A stretch of 64,000 nt of DNA, from assembly GCA_043228905.1 (NCBI GenBank), contig JBHGNT010000018.1:1612001-1676000 (forward strand). Direction: 5' to 3'. The stretch is from Azolla caroliniana (Eukaryota; Plantae; Polypodiophyta). This document shows positions 1 through 14,500 of this stretch, piece after piece. The notes beneath the pieces are model-generated. The model was not told where the DNA came from. It worked only from the letters and a program-made list of their open reading frames with translations, and did no database searches. The position numbers and the translations under genes were made by a program. Positions within the stretch are counted from its first letter, which is position 1; each line of letters opens with the position of its first letter.

Positions 1-680
1 GGTTTTTTTGAGGATGTTTCTTGTGATGATATCTCTAGACTACTCATATTGATCTTTGTTGATGATTTATCAACCGATTTTAAGACTTTCTTAGCTTCAA
101 TCTCTTCTCTAACAGGTCCACCTTGTTGCATTTCGTTCACAAACTCTCTAATTCTTTCCAAAATCATAGATTTCCCTGTAGACAAGAATGCTTCTCGAAC
201 CTTCTTTCCAAGAGGATTTTCATCCGCCACTGAAACCCTAATTTCGGGATCTTCATTGGCATTCTCATCAGCGAGATAAGGTATCAACACCTTACCTTTC
301 ACTTGTTCCACAGGCTTTCCATCTCCATCTCCATCTCCATCTGTCACCTCTCCTTTCCATGAAAGAGTAATGGAGAGTTCATACCCAGGAATGATCTTAC
401 CTTTTCTTATGTTGACATAAGCTTCGCCAGAGACAGTGTCAAGGTCAGTGGTGCAAATGGAGATGGACGACGATGAAGAAGAAGGAGACGGAGAAGCTAG
501 CTTTTCATCTTTTCCTTCTGAAGCTCCAATTGGAACTGTAAGGTTCTGTAAGAGCTCGGCGAGCCGTTTCTTGGCCCACGGAAGGCAATCCTTCTCCGAC
601 CAGTGCCAGTTATGGACGTTGGCTCCGTCTGCTCTCTCTTCGACGATCCAGCGCCTGTCTCCTTCGCCGTACTTGGCCAT
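1..680 (-). CDS. AHA1: Activator of Hsp90 ATPase (Aha1), N-terminal part; runs off the left edge of the window
   Basis: Manual translation from ATG 680 gives MAKYGEGDRRWIVEERADGANVHNWHWSEKDCLPW...GEAYVNIRKGKIIPGYEL...PYLADENANEDPEI...EMQQGGP, open to position 1. The NxNNWHW-type motif and RKGK motif are typical of plant Aha1. Confidence 0.95.
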   Translation of the reverse strand, partial: MAKYGEGDRRWIVEERADGANVHNWHWSEKDCLPWAKKRLAELLQNLTVPIGASEGKDEKLASPSPSSSSSSISICTTDLDTVSGEAYVNIRKGKIIPGYELSITLSWKGEVTDGDGDGDGKPVEQVKGKVLIPYLADENANEDPEIRVSVADENPLGKKVREAFLSTGKSMILERIREFVNEMQQGGPVREEIEAKKVLKSVDKSSTKINMSSLEISSQETSSKK

Positions 681-2569
681 GGGAACTCGCAGAGAAAAGC
701 TGCCAGTATTTAGGGTTTCAGGCGCTCGGCAGAAACCACAGACAGAGAGATTGGGAAGGTCAAGAAGGAGAAATGGAGAAAGGAAGGATTCTAGAAGGTT
801 CGGTGGGTTTCTCTAAATTTCCACGAATACCCCCCCCCCCCCGAGTTTACTAGAATTACAACGAATGCCCCTAGGAGCCTCTAGGGGACCCCTCTTTGTC
901 AATAATATTGTCCAGAACCTTTGACATGTTCGTGCGTCTTGCAAGAGTTGGATGGTCCCACACTTTCGGACACCTAAAACACATACACCCACTTGTTAGA
1001 ATTAGAATTTTTATGGTTCATAAAGAGGCCAATTTTGACCTATGGGACCAAAGTATACATGTGTTCTTGATATATGTCTCCTTCCTAAGAAGGGGTATTC
1101 ATACATTGAAGCACAAAGTCTCTATGTGTGAATAAAGCATACACATATGAGCTCAACCTTCTCGGTGGTGTCTTAAGTATGGCACTTAAGTCATCACCCC
1201 CTCTTAGTATAGTATGTCAGCATATCTTGAACGAATTACACTATATGTCAAGCATGTGAAAAGCAAGTGACATTCGTCCTTTGCCATGCCTTCATTGCAT
1301 ACTTTGCATGTTGAGAGAGAGAGAGTTAGGGTCCTCAAGGATTTTAGTACATTCTATTCCTATATGGATTGTGGACCATAACCATCCATAGTCTCTAATC
1401 GCCTTACTCACGTATACTCCCTTCCCTCCTTATGTTCGTCACAAACAACACCAATACCCTCCTTACCTGACAAGGAGGATTTTGGAAATTCCAATTGGTT
1501 TCCTCTAGCTCACTTGAAATACCCACATGTCCTCTAAATCCTATACCCCTTTTGCATACCCCTAGATAAGAGGATCCTTTAAATTTCTAGTACCTTTTTT
1601 GAATTGCCGCACTTCCAAAAGCTGACGAGATAACCCTAGGAACATGCAAGGAGAACTCTATTATAAATCTTAGTGCTTTTTCAAAGTAGGTCTAGGTGAT
1701 GCAAAAGTAAACGTTTGTGATCATGCAAAAGTAAATTTGAATTTGACAGCATGATTACTCTCTTAACAACATATAGAACTCAATTCAAGACAATGAACTT
1801 TAGATTTGATATGTTATTTGTTTGACATGATCATTGTTAATATGGAATTGTGTAGCTTGGGTTGGAAGGTTGAGATGCATTATCTTGAAAGGAGGTTAGA
1901 ACCATACAAACCATAGTACATAATATACTGGAATGCATTGACCAACATTCTTTTTCATATGAATGCAAACGAATGCGTATGTTATCAAAATACTCTTATG
2001 TTTTTTTTTACATTTTGTAGCTTACCTTTCTTACCTTCAAATAAATTGTACCTTTTAATAAATAATGAATACAAGATTATGGTATTTACTATACTTTTGA
2101 GGGTGTTTCCCATACCCAAATGATTGAAAATATTCTCGAATGCGAATGCACGTATGGTATGTATGGTTCATACTATGATACAAACCCTTATAACTTACTT
2201 ACAGCATAGTTCACCATTTGTATTTTAAATGTCATACATAAACTAGCAGAGTGTTTCAGTTGCAAAGTATGGTGCCAAGTCTAGATCAGATTTAGTACAA
2301 TAGAATCTAAGTTTATGCAAAATATAAAAAGCTCGAAATAACTCGCCAGATTAGAAAACTCCCAGATTCCTTACCATCAAACAAAACCCATGCATACACA
2401 ATGTATGGACACCCTTGGACATGTTATATATACTGGCTCTATAGTAATGAGATTCATTTTCACACGTTTATTCACCTGTAGTTACGATACGGAGATGACA
2501 ACAAGGACTCAATAAAATGCCACATACATTAAAAATGTCTTCCGATGCAAATGGTTGTATACCAGTATT

Positions 2570-5500
2570 CTACTGTGTGTAAGACATCATAATAAAATTT
2601 TGGAGATCAGCCTCATCCGATGATTCTGACTCACACTCCGAATCTGACAAGTAATCAATAAGGTATGGCATGGGCAATGGCTTTCCAAAGCTCCTCACAT
2701 GCTTCAAAATCCCAGATTTTCTTCCTTGCAAAATTTTTGATTCCTCCTCTTCAGTAAGATCTTCACCCAAAAGCTCAGTTACAGATGCTCTTCTTCCATT
2801 CCCATCACGATGATCGTTATATATTGTCGTCGGTATCTCCCATTCTTGAGCTGTCAGTATATGTGAAGAAACACGATCAATGTAAGGATTTCAGAGATGT
2901 GATTGCATCCAGCACAAGCTTAATCAGTGTTACAATTTAATCAAATCATCAACAAAGAGCTTTCCTTAAGATATTTTAGTTCCTGTAAACCTAATCTTAC
3001 ATAGAAAAATGGAAGGAATGAGCTAAAAAAATGAAATTTCAATTGTCATATTAATGTATCCTAATTTAAATTGACACTATTGTGTAAGTCTTCGGCTTTT
3101 ATCATATGTAATTTGACACTATTTCAACATGAGATTTTTTGAGAGTTAGCAACATTTGTTTGCTGAACATGGTCACTTAAAATTACATAGGTGGATCTAG
3201 AGAGCACTTTATTGTTCATTATATTTTAGATAATAGATACAATCAACCGTATTCAATCAACCCCAAGAATTTCTAGTCGAAACTTAATTTCATGGGAGCC
3301 ATTACTAAATGCATTTTAACTGCTGTTATTCACCTGGGTCATTGGACCTTCTCCTGTAACCAGCTGAACTAACTGGAATCACATCAAAGTCCTCAAATGG
3401 ACCAAGAATTGAAGTTCTCCAGTTCCGTTTGCTTTCCAGTTGTAAATTGTCTGCATGAAAAATGGATAAGGCCTAAGATTTTTCAGTCTCCAATGTCATT
3501 TAAAACTTTTTATTGTGATGGAGTACGATGAACACATGATGTTCTGTTTATTCGATGCAAGTTTCATCTCTCAGCATACAACAAATCTTTGATTGTAAAG
3601 GCATATGCCTGAGTGGATGTGTATGTATTCAACCCCCCTCCTCATCCTTGAGAGAGCATTAGTGACATCGATTAACTTGTTGTGCCCAGGTCACAAGGTT
3701 GGTGCAAAAATGCTTAGCAACTGTTTGAGGTCTTCATTGACAGATATTATACAATATTTGCTCCTTTCATGTCCAATGGAAAGACTTCTGTGATCCTTTC
3801 CATCTATCATCAATACTTTCAAGTTGACGATACTAAAGTTTATACTTCAAAACTCTCTTTAACTAGTTCCAGAATTTTGCATCTTCAAAAGAGAGGAATT
3901 CAGGGAAGAAAATTGGCATACCTTCATGGTTATATACAACGCTGACATGCTGATTTTTGCTGCTCTTAATAATCTTTATATACACAATCACTCCAATAAT
4001 GATTACAAGAAATACCAGCAACAATATTAGCATCCCAATATATGCATATGATGGACTTTCTTTTCGTGGCATAGATGAACTGTGCAAATTATGAGAGCTA
4101 GTAAATATCAGGTAAAGTTGTCTCAATGTGGATGGATCTGGAAGTTTGATACAAAAACCATCTGCTGTAGCAGTCCATCCTTCAACACATTCCGAACAGT
4201 CAGGACCTCCATGCCCTATATAACACCATAAAATCTTTAGTAGCTCTATGAAATATATGTAATTTCAAAAATAATTTTCATAGTAAAACATTCCTGGTTA
4301 TTCTAATCTTCCTTGGATCAGAGTAACATTGGTTTCTCTATCTATCACATGTCTGTCTACAAACAAGGAATGAAGAATATCATTCGCAGCCGGACCTCAT
4401 TTATGGGACACATAAGCTAATTGTCACTATTATAACCACAATAAATTGCAACTTGCATAATGTTTTGTATTTTGACATAAGACTGTACAGTTCTAAAGGA
4501 ACTACATAAACAAGAATTGATAAAATATAGTTTTTGAAAGAATTCCCCAGGTTAATTCTTGAATATAAAGAAGAGTCGACAATATTATTTTGAAAGAATT
4601 TTGATGTCTTTACCTTCAAAGCAACTACACTCCCCAGTGGTGTCAAAGCAAATGCCATGTCCACTGCAGACTATTTGTCTATTTGCTGATTTTGTCAGAC
4701 AACTTGAAGCCACGTATGGACAGTCATCTTGGCAACATGATGGAGAATCTGTAGTAGCACTCTTTCCATCCCAAGTACATCTTTCTCCTATCTCACATAT
4801 CCCATTCCCACAAACACCTGTCCTCGTTACCTCTTTTATTGAAGAAACATTTGCTTCCACAACTTCCTGAGGAAGTAAAACTTTTCAGAAGACCTGTTTC
4901 TCTGCTTCGAAATACAACTTAATTTTACCATGAATATACCACGGAATTAGAAGGCCCCATGATATTGAGCATCCCAGGACGAAGATGTTGCTTTATGATG
5001 GTTGATGTCATGTTAATCGAAGGCTGCTCTGATCAATAAAACTGAAATTTAGAAGATAATCACAATAATATTGAAGAATGTAAAGATTGTCTTGTTTGCA
5101 GACATCGAGCATGGTTCATGGAAACTATGTACTTACACTGTTTAACAATATTCCAACTGTCACATTCATATGCTGCAAATATCCTTTTTCAGCAAACAAA
5201 TTACTCTGATTTTTAGCCCCTTTCGAGCTACTATTATCAACATGGACATTTACAACAGACATGGAATCTTGTGAGGCATGGATATGAGAGGAAATCTGCA
5301 AAAAACGTTTTATGTTTCAATTCCTTAACATACGTTTAAACCTTAAACCCTAAACCTGAAACTAGCCATGCATCAGCATCTTTTATGCATATAAAAATGC
5401 ACTCAACAATTTGTGAAGAAAAAGAGGGGAAATAACAGTTTCAATTAGTTAAAAATAAGAAAAGTGAACTGTTTTTGAACTTACATATGCGACAGCCTTT

Positions 5501-8500
5501 TGGATCAACAATGATGTAAGCATATTATCCTTTGATAGTAAAGAGCTCGAATTGACATTTGCAGATAGGGATAATGTTATGGCAGTAGCACATGTGCTAT
5601 CATTTCCATCACAAACATGGCATTCATCCACATTCCCACTCTCGCAACATACCCCTTTTTCATCTCGTATGCTTGAACAACATTTGTTGTGAGAATCAAC
5701 TGCACTACTTATTCAAACAACAAAGTGTTAATTTAATCTATTTTTAAGAATCAAACAAAAAATGCAACCTAAGTAGATACTCACATGGCATCACCGTTGC
5801 ATATGCCACAAGCATCGAGTATACCACTTTCACAGCAATTTCCATCCTGCCAAAGATGAAAATAGAACAATATTGATATAGACAGTAAACCATCAAGTTC
5901 AAGTTCACTACAATATCAAACATAAAGTTGTTACGAAAATTCTGAATTGTGAATTGAGAGCCAAGACCAATTAGCAATTAGGTAGATTATGGTTTCACTG
6001 GCTGCCACCACGGACATTATTCAATATTGCTTTCAACAGAATATGGATGTCTGCCACCAGCGTACCAATTGAACTGACTCCTGAGTTCCACATTTCACTT
6101 CTAAGAAGAACTAGCTGTTTTTATGTTGGTACAAAAATTGTGGGAAGTATTGGAAAATTAACAAATAGAACCTTGCATTATTCCAATACCAAGGATAATG
6201 TGTTTTCCACATTCCTTAATTAATTCACGCTTTCTATTTTCACAGTAGTGTGAGAGAACCTTGTCAAGCTTTGCTGTTGAATTTCTGCAACATGTTTGTT
6301 TAAAGTCCACAAGTTTGCAACAATTTACAGTGTTATTAGTACTATAACCAAGAAACCCGCTGCAATTTGTCAGCTTTTCACAGTTCAAACCTTCCCAGCC
6401 ATCAAAGCAAATGCATGCATCATCCTACAAATGGGAATCACCAAAAATTTCAACATACTTTGTAAAAATAAGATATAAGCTGACAAGGTGAAAAAATATT
6501 ACATTACTCCCTAATACCAAATCATCAGAACTAAAGAAGTTATTATCATGGCACGCATATTATATTGAAATTATGAATTAATGAAGGTTTCTTAATTGTG
6601 TTTTTTTGAAGTAAGAAAATTTATTGATTTTCTTTATTATAATAATAAATTTTGGAAGGATAAGAGTAATCTAGAAATGGCATTATTCTATATAAAGATT
6701 GTGAATTCTCTTCCTTGGGTGGAAAGACAAGAATATCCCACGTTTTATTTTCATCAAGTTATACAGTCTCGATGCCTTCTTCTCGGTCTGTTAAATATCA
6801 TTAAAGTTCATCATCGTCTCCCTTTTGGCTCTATGCATTGGGTATATTGTGAAACCCTTCTTAAACACCATTTGTTTGAGATAATTGCTTTACTCAGTCT
6901 GAGATGTAGCATTGATTAGCTGACTTGGTCTACTCCATGGTTGACAAGTGAACATTTCTGCTCCCAAGTTCGAACTTTTGAAAATCCCTTGTTTGGCTAC
7001 AATCGTTGAATCGGATTGCTCGCCCACCTCGTCAGAGCAGGTACACTATACTCAATCTGAGATGTAGCATTGATTAGCTGACTTGGTCTACTCCATGGTT
7101 GACAGTTGAACATTCTGCTCCCAAGTTCGAACTTATTTGAAAATCCCGTGTATGGCCACAATCGTTGAATAGGATTTCTCACCCACCTCGTCAGACCATG
7201 TACACTATGTCATGAATGTATTGACACTCCAAACTGCTATGGTATTCCTAGCCAACCTGTATCAATGTATCTTCTCTTTCAACAATCCCCGTCCAGTGAT
7301 CATTCTATGACAATCTTTCAGGTCTTCCAGTACAGGACTGAAACTGTTTGAACGTCACTGTTTTAAGTCTCAGTGCCCTCTCCATCCTTCTCCATCATAA
7401 CGACCAACACCTTGCCATTCCCATTTCGTCGGGAGATAAATATTTCCATCTCCATTTGGTGCACCTCTATCCATGCAGAGGCTGCAATAGCTTGAACGTT
7501 GAGGCCATCAATAAGCCCATTCTCCCGTTTCAGAGGTTGTTTCCATTGTTCTTGCACAGAAGTGGTCTATTGAGATGGTACCTGTGCCAAATATGGTCTT
7601 AAATATCCTTCAAAGATCTTCTGTCTAATTCCACATCCCATCCATGATTCTCACTGGATGAAAAGTGTCTGTCAACCTTAGCTTTCTGGATGTATCTGCT
7701 ACAGATACCTTTCTTGTTCTTCGCATCGAATTATTGGCCTATCTGCCTGATTTAGATGCACATAACTTGAAATCCAACTGTCCAAAAATGATTGCAGTGG
7801 AATCATACCATCCAATAAAGAAGTGAATATAGTCTGTGGATACTTACATCCCACTATGGATCCGGGAGGCTTGCTCCCTTTAGGATGAATAGGGATTTTT
7901 ACAACTCTCAGCCTTTCCACCTGCCCATTCAACGGTCAGAAATTTTATCTCCACAATGCTTGAAATACCCTTCAAACTTACATAAGTGAAACTCTCCTCC
8001 TGGATCAGCCCTTGGTTTTGCTTTGCTTTTTTATCAGGGTATCCACACAGATGCGATCAGGATCAAGATCTAACAGAAGTCCAAGATACTCGATCAGTGA
8101 ACACTTTTGTCAGTAGTTTATGTACTTGCCCACCAACAAGTGTTTTGCTTCCTGGCAGAATCCAGAAAGGAAATCACATGCCCATGGTTGGGTGTTGTTC
8201 TCAGGTGGCATAACAACTTCTGGAGGGAAATGTCATATCCATAGTTGTACATTGGTTCTTGACCTTCGTAAGGGAATGCCATACCCAGTATCAGGCATCA
8301 GTTCCGGCATATCCTCACAAATTAGGATACAAAATGCCATACGCATGGTTGGGCATGGGCTTTAAGATGCTCAGTTTCCTTCACTATCGATTTCTTCCCA
8401 AAAGCCAGAAAGTACACCCAGATCATCCTACTATATAATCAAATGTCAGAATGAAGTAGGTTGAATCCATGGTTCTTTTGCAAATGTCCATGATGCAAGT

Positions 8501-11500
8501 TATCACTTCCCAACACATCAGTTACTACTGCTAAATTACTCTTTTGTTACTATTGGTAAATTACTCTCTGAACTTATCCCCATGAGTGTCAAAAGCTCCA
8601 GTGGCTGAACCACTGATGCCAAATCTTGTCATGGAAAGATAATCAATACATAGACCATACTAACCAGCCAATACACCACGTGCAGAATATATTTTGGTGT
8701 TCAAATTGGAAAAAAAAGATATATTAACAAACTAATTGCATTCGTTAACTGGTCTATGCACAATCACTACCAAGATGTAATTCCTTCATTTCTTGAGATT
8801 ATATCATGTAGACTTGTGGTATGTATACATGTGAGCAATATTGATCTATCTCAGAAGGATAGATAGCTTGGATACAGTATACTTTGAGCTTTAAATCATT
8901 TCTATACTGACAATTCTTCTATGATGCACCTTATACTAACTGGCATTGTGATAGGTAGCATTAGGCTCTTGTATGAAATTGTAGCCTGAAATAATGAGCT
9001 GACCTTATATGAAGCTTGGTAAATATTTGACTGTTTTACATGTTTCTAATCCTAGAAAAGGAATGCTGATGCAAAAATTAATATTTGCACCCTTCAAAGC
9101 ATCATATGCACACAATTGTAGAAATCATATAAAATCCTTTCACAATATTCCAAATCAGCAAATATTCTAATTAAACTTCATTAAGTTACCTGACATATTC
9201 CATTCTTTGAGCATCCATTGCCACAATATGTTTTTGAATTGTTCGCCCTTGTAAAAGAAGATTGATTGAGTGGCTTCTTTGGAAGACAATGTGAATCATC
9301 CACTTTCATACCAGCTCCATCTACACACTATTAACTTTTTTCTCTCTTCTCTCCTCTGTTCTCTCTTCTCTCTTTGAAGGACAACAATGCAACCACAACA
9401 GCTCATCAACAAAGAATCATCACAGTTTTCTGTCATTCCATCACTTGATCTCATGCTATAAGTCAACAGCTACACAAGTAGGGTTTCAGAATAGGTTACA
9501 ATAGATAGGAACTAGCAATTTTTGTTCACGTTGGCCAAGTTGATATGAACCATGACTCTCAACCTTTGTCATCAACAAATAAAGGCCATTATCACCCAAT
9601 AACATAGGTGCTTCGGTCACTTGGAGAGTTTCCCATCTTGGATGAGGCCATATTCGAAATCCTTTGAAGGCAGACATTTCAATCTATCTAAGTTCAGAAT
9701 CTTATGCGCTTAACAAACAAGATTCTTGGTACTTACATTTAATTATATTTATTTTAGTTTACTGTTCTCGAAGATGAGACAACATTTTAGGATGTAATCA
9801 TTTTTCGGTCTCATAGGCTATTTCAGCTATTTTGGCCTCTTTCTTTCTAATGTCAAGGGTGTGATTTAACCTTGCTTCTCTGGACCAACAGACAACCACT
9901 CTATAGCAGGGTTTGGAACACAGTTGCAGTCCCCATTTACCAATAATCTGATCAGTACTTCGTTCTCTCTTGCTAACTAGAAGTAAACCCACTCCACTGT
10001 AGAATACCTGCTATATTTGATAACCCTACGGTCAAGACAAATGTCACAAGAATAACTACTTGAAGAAAGTGAATGCTTTGAAGAATACTTGAAGATCAGC
10101 ACCAACACTTGAACACAGCTATCAACAATGTATAATCAAATACAGGAAAGAAGGTATGTATTTGAGAAAGAAGAATGTGAATGATTTGAAAAAATTCTTG
10201 AAGGTCAGCACCAACACTCAGACATAGCAATCAACAATATATAAACAAATACAAGCAAGACAGTATGCACTCTTTCATAAACAAATTGTGCCAGATGTTA
10301 TTGCCAAAAATAGAGGAAGAAACGTAACGATAATTATGAATTCAAGATTAGTTTTGGTGGGGCTGTTGAAGACTAGAAGGAAACAGTTGTCCCACAGGCC
10401 ACGGATAAAGAGTTCAAGAATGATACCCATCTTCTTGATCATCAAATACACGAAAAAAGGCCAGTCATGCCATCCATTTCATTGGCATAGTGATACAGTT
10501 CACATTAAATTCTGATGGAGAATAAGTCCATACAAAAATGAATTCATCTATCTAAGAGGAGAATAGCAGGAGGGCCTGTGTGCATTCACATGGATTGCCA
10601 ATATTGATAGTAAGTATACCCTCCCATATACATTACCTCCACTGGTGAATGCTGGAATTTAAAGTCAAGTATCAATGTGAAAGATTTTTCTTTCTTTCCT
10701 ATTATTCTAAGAAGGCGGGGTGCCAGATGAAAAGGAAAAATACTTGCTGCCATATAAGGGCCTGCAATCTTGTAAACATTAGCAGTGAGCAGAGGTGCAG
10801 ACAAATGGTAATCAGGGATCCAACTTTATGAATCCCCTCTACGTAAATTTCTAGCTGATTTAGACATTTCTATTGCAAAATAATAATAAAACTTCATCTT
10901 GCAATTTCCTAATGAGTGCATAAGATTTGGTTCTTTTTAGTCATTTATTTCAATGGTGTACAGCATGCATTCCAGATTTTACTATAATGTTCATAAACGG
11001 TGTGTAGATGCATGTTCTATGAAAGAAAGAGCTACACAATCACCTGAACAATCCTCTCACTATAGGGACTGCCTGATGTCCACGGTCCAACAAGCCAAGC
11101 ATAGTCTTTGCAAGGCTGCAAAATAAAGATGTGAAGACATCCAATAAATTTAAAATGACATCTTGTAGATAATACATTTCTTTTATTTCAATGGTATATT
11201 ATACCTTTGGACATGAGCAACAGGCATTGCTCCCTTAAAAAACCAATAATGAACATTTAAAACAACCATGTTTGTAATGACATACAGACAGCATGCAGAA
11301 GATATATTTGTTGTCATCTCAATCAAGAACTAGAAGAAATGTGTCAGTTTTACCCAGAATTTGTTAAACCCCATTATCTTCATCCAGGATCCATGAGAAT
11401 ACATTAAGCATCTTTGGGCAAAATTCAGAATTAGATATTTTCCAGGTACTTGTCACCACTTACATAGTTGTATATATGCATGAGTTGTCCACTTTCAATG

Positions 11501-14500
11501 TATAGGATAGACTTATTCAAGGTTGAGGAATTATATTAATTTCCTTTTCACACATTTCGACCAAGGTTTTAAGAAGTCTAGGAAACCCTGCATAACACTA
11601 TGCATTATATTATAAAGAGCAAATAGATCCACGTGGGTGGTAATTGACATGCCTGATACTGTTTTCCGAAAGGGGATAGACAGATTTGGGATTACTCAGC
11701 AAGGGAACAAAGATTCTCCCCACAGATTATTCACAGGACAATGCCAGTTTTAAGTACATACATGAAACTCCTTTATGAATCAGATGCAGAGCCTAGGAGA
11801 AGAAAGAGCACAATAATGAAAACACAAGTCACCAGGGATTCAGAAATGGATAATGGAAAATATTCAAACCTTCATTGTACAATAAAGATAAAAATGTGTT
11901 TTACAAATTCGTTTTTCACAATCAAATGTTGAAAACAGAGTTGAAAACGTTGCCTTGCTATTAAGAGATTATCATGTGTGCAACATTAAAAACAAAGTGT
12001 TAAGGCAACACTGCTTTCAGAAAGTGCATAATAGCGCATGGAAGATAATGACATAGTTGTATACTAGGCAGTAAAATTTCAGGAGTACCAATTCAAAGTT
12101 AAAAACAGTTCTTTAAATATAACATAAAGAAGATAAGAACATTCAAAGAGAAATAGATGTCCTCAACTTTAAGGAATGTTTTCCAATGACAATTATGAAA
12201 ATCATGTGTTGCGCAATCAAAATGATATTGTCTAAAACAAGCTGGTTATTTTGTACAATCTAAAAGAAAAAATTCTGAATATCTACATCTTGAACTTTGA
12301 TAAGAAACGTGTAAATTGTATGCAGTTAAAAATGAAATGTTAATGATGTCACATATATCCAAACGTAATATTAGGAATCAAATTAATGATCGGTATATAA
12401 TAAGAGTAAGGAAAATAATGGATTAAGGGTGCTTGACCACACTACCCAGCCCCAAGAAGGACATGAGCTCAGACATAGAATATCATCAGTGTTCCATACC
12501 ATCGAGTATCACCTTACGCTATACACTGGTAGTTGAAGAATGAATGATAAAAAGAGAGCTTAGCGTCATCAATAGAGTCTCAATGACATTTTAAGAAGGG
12601 AGGGTGGCTAGTCCCCTTTATATTTCCCAGCATTTAGCACTCCCAGACAACATGATCCTACATGTCATGGATCCTTTCGGAGTTTGTCCCAAGCCATAGG
12701 ATAGTTGGTTTCCTACTTATCCTACCCGTTAACAATTAAAATTAGCTTCAGATTTCGTCCTTAAGGGTATAGCAATAACATGTAAAGAAACAGAACATGA
12801 AGATTCTTATATGGAAGAAATGTTATAACTAACAAAACCTAACTGCCCTAGAAGAAAACAAGAAACAGAAAAAGAATCTCACTATTACAAATAAAAAGAT
12901 GGCATAACATTGAAAGATACCTTGATAAAACCTTTAGATTTATATGAATCGTGATCATTTTTAGGTTTCACAAATTAAACTGCAAGACGCTTGATAAGAC
13001 TTTTGAACAGTCATAAAAAACTCTGATTGGCCTCAAAACATGGTGCTCTTCATGGTATTTGTCTACTTTTATTCTTATCCAATAATTATACTAAGGCGAA
13101 AACAAAATAGGAATAGAATGAACCTCTTTCAAGAATGTTTCCAAAACAAAAAACCTCTGACTGAAACAGTAGCATGGTATTGTCTACTTTTATTATTATC
13201 CAATAATTATACTAAGGGGAAATCAAAATAGGAATAGGATAGACCTCTTTCAAGAATGCTTCCAAAACAAGAAACCCCTGACTGAAACAGTAGACCAATA
13301 TCAGATTAAGTCACAAATAACAGCTAATGAACACAAGGAATATTATTAAAATCTCATGCAAAACAGAGAGAATATTGATTTCAGCTTAAAGAGAGCCAAC
13401 TGGTCATAGTTGTCCAATTTTGCCGTCATGATGCTTTAGGAGGCAGCAGCCTTAAAAGCTAAGAACCCAAATATCAAAAGCGTATCAGCCAACATTGGGT
13501 TCTCCTTGGTTATTTTCTGCATATGAAATTCATTTTCTGCAATAATGTGTTTCAGCTCCATGTTTCTGTTATCTTATTATTAATAGTGCTTCCAACAAGA
13601 TGAGACACAAAAAGAGTTCTTCTAGACCTGTGCAAAAAGATTTATTCTTTTATGTAATTCTAGTATAAAATGGCATTATAAAATACTAACTGGCTTTCAA
13701 ACTGGGCATATTTATATTTTGTAAGGCCCTGCTTTAAAAAGGTGAGTCCCAACTCCCACCCTCACAATTCACTCAATTATATAGTCGACTTATTGCCCTG
13801 TAGATATCTGATGGGTTTTAATCAGTGCACTTAGACTAAGGTATTCTTTCATTCTGTCTTTGGGAACTCGTTTCCAATGTTTAACTTAATTTAAGAATAA
13901 GAAAATGTTCCTGTGGGAAAGGGTAAATATACTTTGGATTAGCATTACAATAAATGTCATTATCTGAACTTTATGGGATATATGTCCTTGTAAATATGCT
14001 GTTAGAATTTTAAGAAAGAAAGAAACTTTATTTACTTTAAAACTCTCGTACCTGAGAATTGCACGGTTCTTCATGCTTCAATTGTGGTTTCAGACAATGA
14101 TCGACTATTTTCCCTTTCTGATTGCACGTTACGTTTCTGACCCTCTTGCTTCCACCACAAGTCTTAGGACAAGCACTCCAGCTGGAAGCATCCCAATATG
14201 AAGCATTGCAAGCTTGTACAAAACAATTTCTGATCTCTACCAGTCCACCTGTTTCACAATAACTAGGCTTCACAAGATTTCCAAGACTGTCAACGCAAAC
14301 TTCTTTTCTGCAATGAAAATCACTAATTTAAGTATCAGATAAAAATGCTGATTAAAATAATGATGAAATTATGATCAGTTTGACCATTGTCTTCTAAAAG
14401 GATAAGTGAGTACCTTGTCTGATAGCCCCATCCACAACTTTCACTGCATTCATTCCATTGAAGAGGATGGATTTTATACGTCATACAGGCAAAATTACTA

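Noticed and set aside
49-816. Plus-strand ORFs 49-279 and 436-816
   Set aside because: Antisense shadows of AHA1.
896-1650. Possible retrotransposon relic upstream of AHA1
   Set aside because: No termini, TSD or translatable motif identified.
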